Source: Lytechinus pictus
Lineage: Eukaryota
Assembly (NCBI RefSeq): GCF_037042905.1
Contig: NC_087252.1
Coordinates: 13,456,001-13,520,000, forward strand
DNA: 64,000 nucleotides
Direction: 5' to 3'
Shown: piece after piece, positions 37,101 to 49,610 of the stretch
How positions within the stretch are numbered: the first letter of the stretch is position 1
How the letters are laid out: each line of letters starts with the position of its first letter
Position numbers and translations under genes: made by a program
Notes under the pieces: model-generated
Databases searched by the model: none
What the model was told of the DNA's origin: nothing
The model's input: the letters and a program-made list of their open reading frames with translations, nothing else

Positions 37101-39357
37101 GCTTGATGGCAATAAGTCATGCGGGTTAGACGGTATAACTGCAGAGCATTTAAAGTATGCTTACTCCAAATTAGGTCCTTGCTGTATGCTTTTCTGGTTT
37201 TTTAATTCATGGAATACTACCCGATAGTATGCTATCTGTTATTTTGGTCCCTGTGTTGAAGGACAAAGCGGGCCGAATTGCTAGCAAAGATAACTATAGA
37301 CCCATTGCGTTAGCAAGTGTAATTTCTATAGTCTTGGAGAAGATAATTCTGTGTAGGTTAGAAAAATATATTTCAATATGTGATAATCAATTTGGCTTTA
37401 AAGCGAAACATGGAACTGATATGTTTTTTTTTTTTCTAAAAAAGATCATTGCGAGCTATCAAAAGAGAAATTCCTCGGTGTTTTTATGTTTTATTGATGC
37501 CTCCAAAGCATTTGATATATAGAGTCAATCATGGAAAACTCTTCCAAAAATGTATGATAGTTATTTGATCAGGATATTGATATATTAGTATGGTAACCAA
37601 ACTATGATGATTAGATGGGGTAGCTGCCTATCCTACTCGTTTACTGTTGTTAATGGTGTTCGACAAGGAGGTATATTGTCTCCATACCTTTTTAACTTGT
37701 ACATGGATGACTTATCTGTGAAATTGAATTATTGTAGTACTGGCTGTTTAGTTGGTTGTACCAAGATTAATTACTTGATGTATGCTGACGATCTTGTAAT
37801 TTTTAGTCCGTCAAATACCGTGTTGCAGAGTCTGTTAAATGTTTGCACTCAGTTTGGTATGGATAATGATGTCAAATTTAATGCGAAAAAAGTCATGCTA
37901 TGTTTGTAACTTGTAAAGATCATAATAGATTAGTGTTTCCAGATTTCTATCTGTGTGGCGCCAAACTTGGAGACCAGATATCTTGGTCATTTTTTTACAG
38001 AGGACCTATGTGATTATAGAGATATTTATAGACAGTGTCGCAAACTTTATGCACAAGGAAACACACTGTGCAGGAAATTCCATATGTGCTCCCATGGAGT
38101 AAGGATTGCATTATTTCGAGCATATTGTACACCGTTGTATACTGCAAATTTGTGGTGCAAAAATAAAAAGAGCAGTTTAAAGGAAAATGAAACCTTTGGA
38201 ACAAGATAGCTTGTGTGAAAATAGAAAAATCAAATAAACAGATCAACGAAAGTTTGAGAAAAATTGAATGAATAATAAGAAAGTTATGAGCATTTGAAGT
38301 TTAGATCATTGTTTTAATGTAGATCCTCCTATTGGCAATGCGACAAAGATGTAAGATAGCCATAGAGATAATTAGTATACATCTCTATGAAGATAGCACA
38401 TGTGAACAACTTTCCCATTGCTTTTGTATATATTTCACTTAAAATGCCTCTTTATCACATCTATCAGTAGATAATTAGTTCTTTCTATAGGAGGGCTTGT
38501 AATACATATTTTCAAAGAATATATTATGGACAAAGAGTTTGTATCACCATAAGAAAGAGCAAAAATATAAATTTTGGGGGTATTTTATAGTCCATCAAAG
38601 GGAAAGTTGTTCACATGTGACATCACACATATCTGTCGCATTGCCAATAGGAGGATCTCCATAGCATTAGTGATCGAAATATTCAAATGCTCATAACTTT
38701 CTCATTATTTGTCCGATTTTTCTCAAACTTTCTTTGATCTTATTCTTTGATTTGTCTCTTTCCACACAAGCCCACTTGTTCCAAGGGTTTTCATTCCCCT
38801 TTAAGGAATCTTATGGTAGCCTATAACGGTGCTATGAGAATGCTTCTTCAGTTACCTAGGCACTCTAGTGCTAGTAGAATGTTCGCTGACGCTCATGTAC
38901 CTTCATGTCAAGCCGTTCTTAGAAACCTCACTTTTAAGTTTATTGAGAGAATTGACATTTCTGAAAATGCTATTGTAAATATACTGGTTAACCCTTTACA
39001 GAGCTGTACGAGGTACACCTCGGAACTGTGGAAGCGTTGGTATGACAATTTGTTAGCAGAGTCATAAGTAACTAGTGGTCTACTAATATTAGTCTGTATC
39101 TTTGTCTTTTTCGAGACAAGTTACTCATTTTGCCATATGTAAATATTTCCATTGTACTATTCACTTATTGCTTAACCACTTAGTGTGATTTGTTTTTCTC
39201 CTTTCCGACTGTTTATACTTTATTTGTTCTTTGTTTATTCCAGTATTATCTTTGTATGTTTGTCTTGATGTATATTACATGTATGTTATTTGTTGATATG
39301 GACCTCTGCATATGCAGCTGTGTCTGGAATAAAGCTTTTGAATTGAATTGAATTGAA
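34118..39357 (+). mobile_element. Near full-length decayed non-LTR retrotransposon (RTE-X-like): ORF1 plus APE-RT ORF2
   Basis: ORF1 ~34540-35590 (stop at 34711). APE motifs YNCRG and ICLQETWL (~35660-36400); RT motifs NYRPIAL, DASKAFD, GVRQGGILSP, YADD (37229-37909). Many stops and frameshifts. AATAAA then (TTGAA)n tail at ~39328-39357. Absent from unit 1 (~11420). Clade assignment is from motif recall. Confidence 0.88.
38181..38800. mobile_element. Kolobok-type MITE (family C) inserted in LINE ORF2
   Basis: TTAA TSD; removing the element restores the frame KKSSLRNLMVAYN. Confidence 0.87.
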
Positions 39358-40460
39358 ATAAGAAACAACTATCAGATCATTTTCATATTGAATTAATAAT
39401 AATGATAATCCGCTTTTATAAATGTATAGCGCTTAATACATCGGAACAACGTGTCTAAGCGGTTAACAGATATATCATTATCCCGGTCATCGGATTCAAT
39501 CAGTAATTCCCGCACGTAATGTGTGCACATACTCCACTCCCTGGGGAGTATTCTAGTCAGTCGCCGGTGAGACGCACACAGTACTGGACAATACCTTTGA
39601 ATTTAGAAATATATTCTTCAATGACTATGGAATACGATTTCCATTCGGCACATAGAACAGTTACGTCGGCTACTTAATAATGAACCTATCCATTAAGTAT
39701 ATTTTAGATATGAATAAATTTTAATTGAAGTAGAAAGAAAAAATGATACAAACTCAACGACTTACACTAATAATGATTATGATCAATTCATCAATCTCAT
39801 ACAAAATAACATCCAACTACATCTACAATAGGAATCTACGAGGAATATGAAAAAGAGGTAAATAAAAGAAAAGAGAAGTGATTATTGAAAGATAGAGAAA
39901 TAAGATCTGAATGAAGAGGGAAAGGAGGACAAGAACAAAGAAGAGGAGAAAAATATAGAAAATGAAATCAAACGGGAAGAATAAATAGCAAAAGAAAGTA
40001 AAGATGAGTAAAAAAAAAATCAAGGGGCACGTTTCATGAAAAGCATTGTCTGTAATTTCAAGAAAAAACTACTGTTAATACTTGCATGTGATTGACTGGG
40101 GGAAACTTGTAAGCGAAAATCCCCGACAAAACTGTCCATGAAATACTCCCGAGTTACATGTAATTTTTGTTGAAGGTAAACGACAAGTTTAAAACACTAC
40201 AAATATATACGTTACGAGGAAGAAGACAATTCAGAATATAATTACCCAATGACATTATACACCATAATATTCACAAAAAAGAATATGATACGCATATTTC
40301 GTGTGAAATGTTTATGATTCATGTATATACAAAATTCCAATAATGCTAGATTATTAGCTTATTTCATTATTCAAATGTTTCAGTTTGATAAAACCACTAA
40401 GAAGCAGTTTAAACTGCAAGCATAATCTAAAAACCCTTTCTCTGGTAAGAAATTAATTAA

Positions 40461-40808
<348 letters not shown>

Positions 40809-41245
40809 CCAAATCCCTGGTCCTAACATATCAAAACCGATACTTTGTGTATTTAAAGGTTTGGCCATCACAATTCAGCAAAATCAATTAATCCCTTCTT
40901 CATAATCAAGAAGAATGGTTCATAAACCTTTCGTGGCTTGAAAATATGACTATGATTATTTGCATGGTTGAGTGATCACATGGCTTATAGGTTCATCATG
41001 CTCGATCGCACTCATTGTACATTGTTTTTGCTTCTTTGGTGGCAAAAGTGTTGGCCTTTCAAAAACCTAGCTTTTTTAGTACACCTTTGTGGAGTGTAAT
41101 AAAAGAGAATAGGCCCATGATAGCTGCATATATAGCAGAGCCCGAAAAACATATTTACAGCTTCATTTGCTGCTGAATCCGGCAGAAGTAGCCAACAAAC
41201 TATTCTACTTAAATTAGAAAAAAAGTTTAACTTTCAATTACTAAC

Positions 41246-44200
41246 ATGTCTCGTCTGACACTTCTCGATGACGATCTTGATCGTTATCACGACGTTTATC
41301 GGAATGGCTTCTCGAAGATCGCGAAGAAAGACATTGTTTTGAAGGAAGTCGCTCAACATTTCGACAACATCGTTTTGAAGAAGATGACTGACGTATTCCA
41401 AGCAGAAGATCAATTTAATCTTCTAGGTGTCGGTGTTGGTGAAGGCACGTAATATTATTCTGTTTCTCCTCGTTTTTCTGGTTCGATTTGAAAAGTTGTA
41501 TGGGTCTCTGGCTAGGGGCGGATTCCTAATTCACATAGGGTGGGGGAGGGGCAATCCCGGGGAGGGGGGGGGGGCAATGGAGACCCACCCCTTTCTGCTC
41601 ATCGCATTTTCGAGGACGTGTATAGAATATTGTTTAAATAACATAATCAGAAAAGTTTAGAATATCATAATTTTGACATTCCTTGTCCGATGTTGATGAC
41701 ATGATCAGTTCTATTTGTCTGTTTCTCTATTCCAATCATAATTTCATCCTAGTGTACCCTTTAAATAAAGCATTCTAATATTTCCTTAACAGGTCATTGT
41801 GAGTTTCACTTCTTGAAGCGTCTTGGATCTCACTTCAGATCGATTAAAAATGTAGCGGTGGAACCTAATGAAAGCTTATTCAAAGTATTTAAAGCCGAAA
41901 CGCAGTCTTGGAGTTCCGATACAGAATCAAATTGTGAATCGCATTACTTCGTTAGCTCTCTCACGCAATTCTTTGATGAAAGCCCCCTGGTGGATCGCAA
42001 GTACAACTTAATTAGCGCCGTGCATTCGCTCTACTATACCGGCGACTTAGAAGCGACCTTCATACGACTGATGTCAATGCTTAAAGATAATGGAGTTATG
42101 GTCATTGTCTTATCAGGTAGGTTCGAACACAGCATGTATATGTACAGTTATATGCCAATAACGACGGTAATCAAAATTTGCCAAATATCCAAAGGAGAAC
42201 TCCTCATTTGTGTATCCATGAGATACTCCCATTAAAAAAAAAAAAAAAAAAATAGTGTGCCTCTCAAGGGGGGGGGGGGGGGGCGGATGTGCCATTACCT
42301 CGATCTGCCTCTGTATCGTGTTTTGTTTTTTCAAATTTGAAAAAAAATGCACAGTATTAAGCGTTGTTTTAGCAAAAACACACGTCCTGAATACGTTTCA
42401 TTTTAACTCAAAATAGGATATTCCCTTTATAGTATAAATCATGAAGCGAAGTAAGCTAGGACAAACCTCTCACAGAATGTTACATACTGTATTTTTAATG
42501 ATATCTGATGATTATTTTTATTTGTAATTCATGTTTATTTCGTTTTGGACTGCATGTTATTTTTAATAAAATCCACCTTTTCCAATCAAGGTACTGTTAG
42601 AAATTCGTATTTCTGATTTCGAAACGGAAAAAGCAAAACCGAAATGATGAGTAAAAATATATTTTTTTCGAGATTTAAAACAGAAAACGGTCATATTTCA
42701 ATATTTTGCTTGAAGAATGAAAAATGTAAAAACGGGAAAACTGAAGACTGCTGGAGTTTTGCAAAAGGGGCAAAAAATCAATAAAACGAGCTTAAAATAT
42801 CTGATATTCCAATCTGAAAAAGGGTCAAGTTAAGCTCTATATTTCAAGCACTTTTTAGGAAAAGTGTGAGGTGGATATGGATCGCACTTAATAAATAGCT
42901 GATATTTTTCATTATTATTACTTTGAGTTTTGACATAGGACTGGGACATTCAAATGATATTATGTCATCATGTGAAAATAATGACTATCTTCCTATTCCT
43001 CTTCCTATGCGCGAGATGAAACTTGTCGATATTCCATTCTGAAAATTTGACAATACAATTATTCAATTAATATCTTATTTATTAATCTAATAAGCCTAAT
43101 GAGAGCGCAAAATATGTTAATATTATGACTTGAAATCTGGATATTCCAAGTACCATTGTAATTATGAATGGGATGCATTAGTTAATACATTTTTAAACGA
43201 TTAATGCGAGCGCAAATCGCGAGCCGAAATATTTGATAAACTGTCATGAATTAATATTGAGATATACATAGCTCACCAATCAAAATGCGAGCGTGCAGCG
43301 TTAGCTGATACGTTTTGACAATCGGATCTGACTAGGGATATTTTGAGAACTTTATGGAATACACGAACATAATAATAGGGACCGGACAAATCAAATTTTG
43401 TGAGCGCGCTGCGCGAGCAGAAAATGTTGATTTTCAGGCTATAAAACTGACATTCTTACAGAGGACTCTTTAAAAATCAATTTCTAATTCAAACAAAATA
43501 ATGAAAGTTCGATTTCCGAGCTAAAATATGTTTTGTATATTGATCTCCAAACTTGATATTTTAAGCTTCACATTAAGCAAGATATGTAAATCACCTAACA
43601 GGCAATGTGAGCACGAAGCGGGAGCGAAAATTTTATATAGTGACATGAAAGATTGTTTTTATTTTCAAAGTCTTCCCCTCATCTTATTTTATTCACTCGT
43701 TTTCCTCCTCTTCTTGTTTCTCTTCTCTTTTACCTCTCCCCCCTTTTTTTTTGTGATCTGCCAATAGGGGATGGGGGGCGGGCCCCTCGCCCCCTGGATC
43801 CGCCTATGATGAACACATTATTATTATTATATATGGCATGAAAGAGTGTCTTTTCCCAAATAATTTGATACCATATTTATGTGGTATGTGTTACGCTTTG
43901 ATGACCAGAAGGTATTCTTTGCTGCGATGTAAATTTTGATTTGCGCCAAAGTAAGGCATGACTGCAATTAATGAATCAAGATGTCAACGATGTCATAATC
44001 CTAGAATGGTTGCATTGAAATCCATTTCAAAACACCTTTTCAGTAATTTACATGTTTAATTGTTAAATAAACACATTTAACTATCGATTCTCAAGTTAAT
44101 TTCATTGAAAAGGGATTTGAAGATATATTCTTATCTCATTAGGATTATGGCATCTTTGGTATCTGAATTTCCAATGCTATCAAACTATTTTCTGTTAGAT

Positions 44201-45323
44201 AAATAATTACTAATTAAGTCATTTGCAATACACCGGAAGCCATAGAAACATAATTTCCGAATTAAAATACGGCAATCCATACAGTCGAAAGCCCTTTAAA
44301 GGTCTTAAAAAGTCCAATCAAAAAGTTATTGTTATTTCTGTAAGATCTAAAAGGGCATGGTGAGTCCTGTGTCTCTTTCTAAACCCACATTGTATTTCAT
44401 ATGGTATATTATTCTTCTCAATATATGTCATCATTAAATTTGATCACAAATTATTTTTTCAAAGATCTTGCTAAAAACAATTAAAGCAGAAATGGGTCTA
44501 TACTTATTCAAATGAGTTTTATATCCCTTTTTAAAGACAGGTAAAAGTTTCAAAGAATCTGGAACAGTACCATGTTCAATTGAAAGGTGAACAATATTGC
44601 AGTGGTTGGGCTATGGCAAATGCAGAATACTGTTACTACTTTAGGATGTTTACCACCATGACCTAATTGACTCTTACTCGCATCTGGTTCTTTAATAATT
44701 CTAATAATGATAAGTTTTAACTGGACAAAAGAACATAGACGAATGGTAATTATCCTTTAATCAGCGACTTATGTCTATGTTAGGATCTGGACGTCCACCT
44801 TGTGTGCTATCTTTAACCTTTGTCCCAAAACTAACAAAACTATTATTATAAATATATTGTTTTTTGGGTAAAAATCATGAAAAGCAGCCACACAAAAAAA
44901 CAACAGCAACAAGATAACACCTTGCTTATTTTTTTTTTGGTCATATTTATTTATTTTTCTTGTTATAAAGGACCGAACTTGATTTATCGAACACACGACA
45001 ATAACCCGTGGTTACCAGCATTCGACCGCTATTCTGCCACACCAGAAAGTCTTAAAGTCGTTCAGCTGGCCGAAAGAGAAGGATACAAAGTGACCGAATT
45101 CGAACTGAATACCAAGTGGGACGTCACGGCTTTATTTGACGAGAAATCGGAGTTGGGAGACAAACTTGCCGACTTCTTGACCATGACGGCTTATTTTCGT
45201 AAATCGGCACCGGCAGGAAAGCTTGAAGAATTCATGAAGTTTTGGCGAGCGTCCTGCTCAGAAGATGGAAATGGACGTCTCCATACTGAACCCGGGGAGA
45301 AGCTTTTTTTCATCACTAAGTAG
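41246..45323 (+). CDS. Histamine N-methyltransferase-like class I SAM-dependent methyltransferase, intact (291 aa)
   Basis: Exons 41246-41444 (GC donor), 41793-42116 and 44971-45323 total 876 nt. Motif I LLGVGVGEG, plus NVAVEPN, YNLISAVHSLYY, LKDNG and LADFLT, resemble the HNMT family; substrate unproven. Confidence 0.88.
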
Positions 45324-46067
45324 GTGGTGTTTTTACCACATTGTTAAAACTAGATTCGTAAAGGCTAAGTGCACCCTAACAAAAAGCTGGTTTGAATAAA
45401 AAGATAAAAATCAAACAGGCATGACAATGACAATTTCATCAAAATCGGGTGTTTATGACATTTCAAAGTTTCGCTTTAGTTCAAAACAAACAAGATTTTT
45501 TTTCATAAAAAAGGCACCCTTCAATGATAGCGTGACCTGTACGCATTTCTATGAATAGATTTTATCAAAAGTCTTTCATCGGAATTTGATCGGAATGTGT
45601 ATACACTTGCAAGTAGCTCCCATTGCTTTAACAGTGAGATATGCAGCGAAAGATAATTTGATAACGCTCCAAAACTCAGACCGACTATTTGTAACACTTA
45701 AAAAGAAAATCTGATTCGGCAATTTGACTTGGGAAAAACTTGCCATTTGAAATGAAACAATCACAATCTCTTTCAATTTCTAAACGAAACTGAAAGTTTA
45801 TTTTTATTTTGTCCAATCCCTCTGTCTTTTTACTGGCCCATTCGTTTTAATTGTAAATGTAAATCATTGTTTTTAGTTGACGGAAAAAAGTACAATACAA
45901 TGTCATTTAAAACTTTAAGCTTTATTGTTGCTTGATAAATAATATTGAAATCAATCATTTATGCCAATCTACTTTATTTGTTTTAATCATCTAATGCTTT
46001 ATATGTGATTTTGATTATTCATTATAGTTTGTATTAATAAGAATGATGTCGTACAATGTATAATAAT

Positions 46068-46242
46068 GCACTATTAAATGGAAAGCTAATTTAGCACTTA
46101 CAGAACTTGTATAGTGACTGCACTTCTGATTGCTGATTTTTCTAGTTTAAATTTGAATTACTATATCAGCATTCCGAGGTGCAGTCACTATACAAGCTCT
46201 GAAGGTGTAGGTACTAAATTAGCAATTCCTTTTTAGAGTGTA
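46068..46242. mobile_element. Short palindromic MITE
   Basis: Arms cttgtatagtgactgcac / gtgcagtcactatacaag; second copy at ~50148-50319. Confidence 0.7.
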
Positions 46243-46369
46243 TATAATCATCGCCGTTTTGCAGTTTTGTCGTATGGTATCACGAGTTTAGTTTTTAGGT
46301 CAAAATTTTGTATATTTGCATATATGTATTTTCACTTCGTTTATACATTTTATCATGTATTCCAGGGGC

Positions 46370-48320
46370 AAGATTCGTTCGTGAGAAGATCGACGACCGT
46401 GCTTATTCGACTATTGGCTCATTAGCATTTATTTTTGTATTATTTGTTAAGTTTCGCTCACTGATTCCTGAACAAAAATTCGATTCAGATTCACAAGTGA
46501 GTTTCTGCGGAAATCGTTTCTGATATGCCTCAATATTTCTTGTTTGTAATATTTTCCATGCGTGAACGATGCTAAGTTGTTGGTCTCAAATTAAAGATAA
46601 AATTCCACTCTTACTGTTAGTATCAAATTTATAGTAAAAACACATCTAACAATTGTGAAATGTATCTCTGAATACGGGTTACCTTTTTTGTGGTACGCAC
46701 GGCATATCTAACTTTTATCTTGGGCGTTTGTGTCTGTATGTGACAATTCACCTGCAATCGAGGACGTTAGGGGGAAATGTCAATTCAATCCAATTTTTCC
46801 TTCAAATTATTCCATTTGCAGCCAGTTGGGTACCTTTAGGTTAGTTCGGAGAGAATGTTTTATGATCCTTTCTAAATCTTCTCTATGCCGAATTAAAACA
46901 GCGAAAAATGCCAGAATCCGACCGATATTACGTCATATTAGCTTTTGAAGGTCTGGAGTAGTTATCGCGGATGTGATTGCGAGGTTACCGGTGACATCAA
47001 GAGACGAAGTTCCATAACATTCTAGTACAAACAAACACATAATGTACACAATCAGAAACAGTAATCCGATCATTTTCATATTGAATTCCTTTGAATTCAG
47101 AAATATATTCTTCAATAAATGACTATGACATCGATTCCCAGTTGGCACATAAAGCAGTTAACGTCGGCTACATTATGAGCCTATCCGTAAAGTATATTTA
47201 TGACATAAATAGATTTTAACTGAAATATTGAAAACTGATACATTCTCGATATTAACAATCTACACTAATAAAATTATTACGTTCATTTTTATCATTCTTA
47301 TGCAAAAAAAATCCAATCGAATATGAAAAACAGGAAATAAAAGAAAAGAGAAAGAAAAGGATTATTTGAACAAAAACAAATAAAGAGGGAAAGAAGAGCA
47401 AAGAAGAAGAAAGAAAAAAACACAAAAGAAAATGGGAAGAATAAATACCAAATAAAGTAAAGAAGAGTAAAAAACCGGGGGCGTGTTTCATAAAAGGCTT
47501 TGACAGTGACTTAAAAAAAAATCCGTTAACATTCTGATTGACTGGGAGCAACCTGTGAGTAAAAATCACCAACGAAACTCTTCATCAAATGCTCCAAAGA
47601 TACATGTAACTTTTCCTTGACGGTAAACAAGTGTAATACACCACAAATATATAGGTTAGGAGGAAAAAGACAATACAGAATATAATTACGTAATGATATT
47701 ATACACCATAATATTCACAAAAAGAATATAGCACGCATATTTCGTGTGAAATTTGTATGATTTACGTCTATACAAAATTCCAGTAGATCTTTTCTATATT
47801 TACAAAATCCAGTAAGGCCTAAAATTTATTACAAAGGACCCATAAATATACACGTATTTACAGTGACATAGTTTCCATAGAATGTATTCTAAGGCAGATG
47901 ACATAATATCATATCACATATTTACACACTGCAGGTATATATTTTTTCCAATATTGCTAGATTATTAGATTATTGTATTTTTCAAATATTTTCGGTATTG
48001 ATAAAACTACTAGAAGCAGTTTCAAATGCAAAAAAATATCTAAAAATGCTTTATCTTGGAAAAAATGAATTACAAATTTGTGGTGGGGGGAGTAATGATA
48101 TGCTATCTTTAATCAGATTTCTTACGCCTTTACGTTTTAAAAAAAGTATAAAAAAGGTAGGGGAATACTACTACAAATGTATTACTACTTCTACCACTTC
48201 TGCTGCAGTTACTGCTACTACTGCTGCTACTTTTACTTTTACTACTACTACTACTACTACTATTACTACTACTACTACTACTACTACTACCACTACTACC
48301 ACTGCTACTAGTGCTACTTG

Positions 48321-48370
<50 letters not shown>

Positions 48371-48371
48371 T

Positions 48372-48404
<33 letters not shown>

Positions 48405-48525
48405 TACTTCTACTACTACTACAACTACTACTCATTCTACTATTATATACTACTAGTACTTTTACTACTATACTACTACTACTTCTTTTTGTTCTTCTAC
48501 TACTACTTCTACGACTACTACTATA
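46370..48525 (+). repeat. Third, more diverged partial copy of the FReD-HNMT spacer
   Basis: Colinear with ~9936-12830 (e.g. aatcgaggacgttagggggaaatg, gtgattgcgaggttacc, tatacaccataatattcacaaaa); neither gene is present. Confidence 0.85.
48166..48525. repeat. (CTA)n microsatellite
   Basis: Seen directly; ends the third spacer copy. Confidence 0.97.
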
Positions 48526-49610
48526 ACTTCTTAATGCGTCTGCTTTTACCAGTGCTTTAACTTCAATTACACTACTGCTTTCATTGTTTCTCTTATGTAC
48601 ATGTAACTGTATAGAGCGACGGTTTGTACATTTTATTGACAATCTCAAACGGTGCTGCGTACTTTCGTTTTGAATTGAATTGAATGTATTGTCCAATCAA
48701 ATGGAAATTTGGTGCTCGATGGTTACCAACAAATTTACAAATACAAATACAATGTATACCAATAAATGATAATTGACAGTATATAACAGCAAAATGGCGT
48801 TATGACTAAATAAATATTTGAATGATTATTAAACATGAATTAAATAAGTAACATGCTGTTCTCAGGGGACTGATCCCCAACCCCTCCCATCTAAGATACA
48901 TCAGCCTACAAGGCAGTTTGACCTCGTCTTGCCCTACTGTTAAATATGTGAATTGAGTCTGGTACAAATGGGAATCGACTTCGCTTAGTGCGATGGACGC
49001 ACAAACGAATTCCCGATCGATGTGTAGTTGTAATAAATAAACAAGGGGTGTGTAGGGATCATAGGAGCATTTGTCACTGAAAACTAATATAAGCTACTGA
49101 AATCCTTGTATCTGACTAAAATGTTTCATGAAATGCTCTTTAGTCCAGGGGCCATATGCGAATCTTCCAGTATTTTCTAGCACCACCATCCACGCGCTAA
49201 TTTTTCTTGATTTTTTCATGCTCAAAATATATATTTTTTTGTTCTCTTTCCCCTTTCATGTCTTTACCATAAGATACATTGGTGCAAGTTCCAATTCTTT
49301 TCTAGGACACTATGTACTTGGAATTCGTCATTCAGTTTACATAGAAACAATGTGGTCTATTGCGTTAAAATGATAACCATTAAATAGAGCAAAGTATTAC
49401 ATGATGAACTAAATGCCATTCTTAATGCCTTGAGGATGTTTTTCCGTTTGGGGTTAAAAGAACCATTTAGAAAAAACTTTTCTTTACTCGTTGGTCTAAA
49501 AATAGAAAAAAAGGTCAACCCCATGTGCTGAAAATTATATAATTCTCAACACAAACACGATATAGTAGATCATGAAAATGAGTCTAATGGAAAAAAAAAT
49601 GTACAGATGA

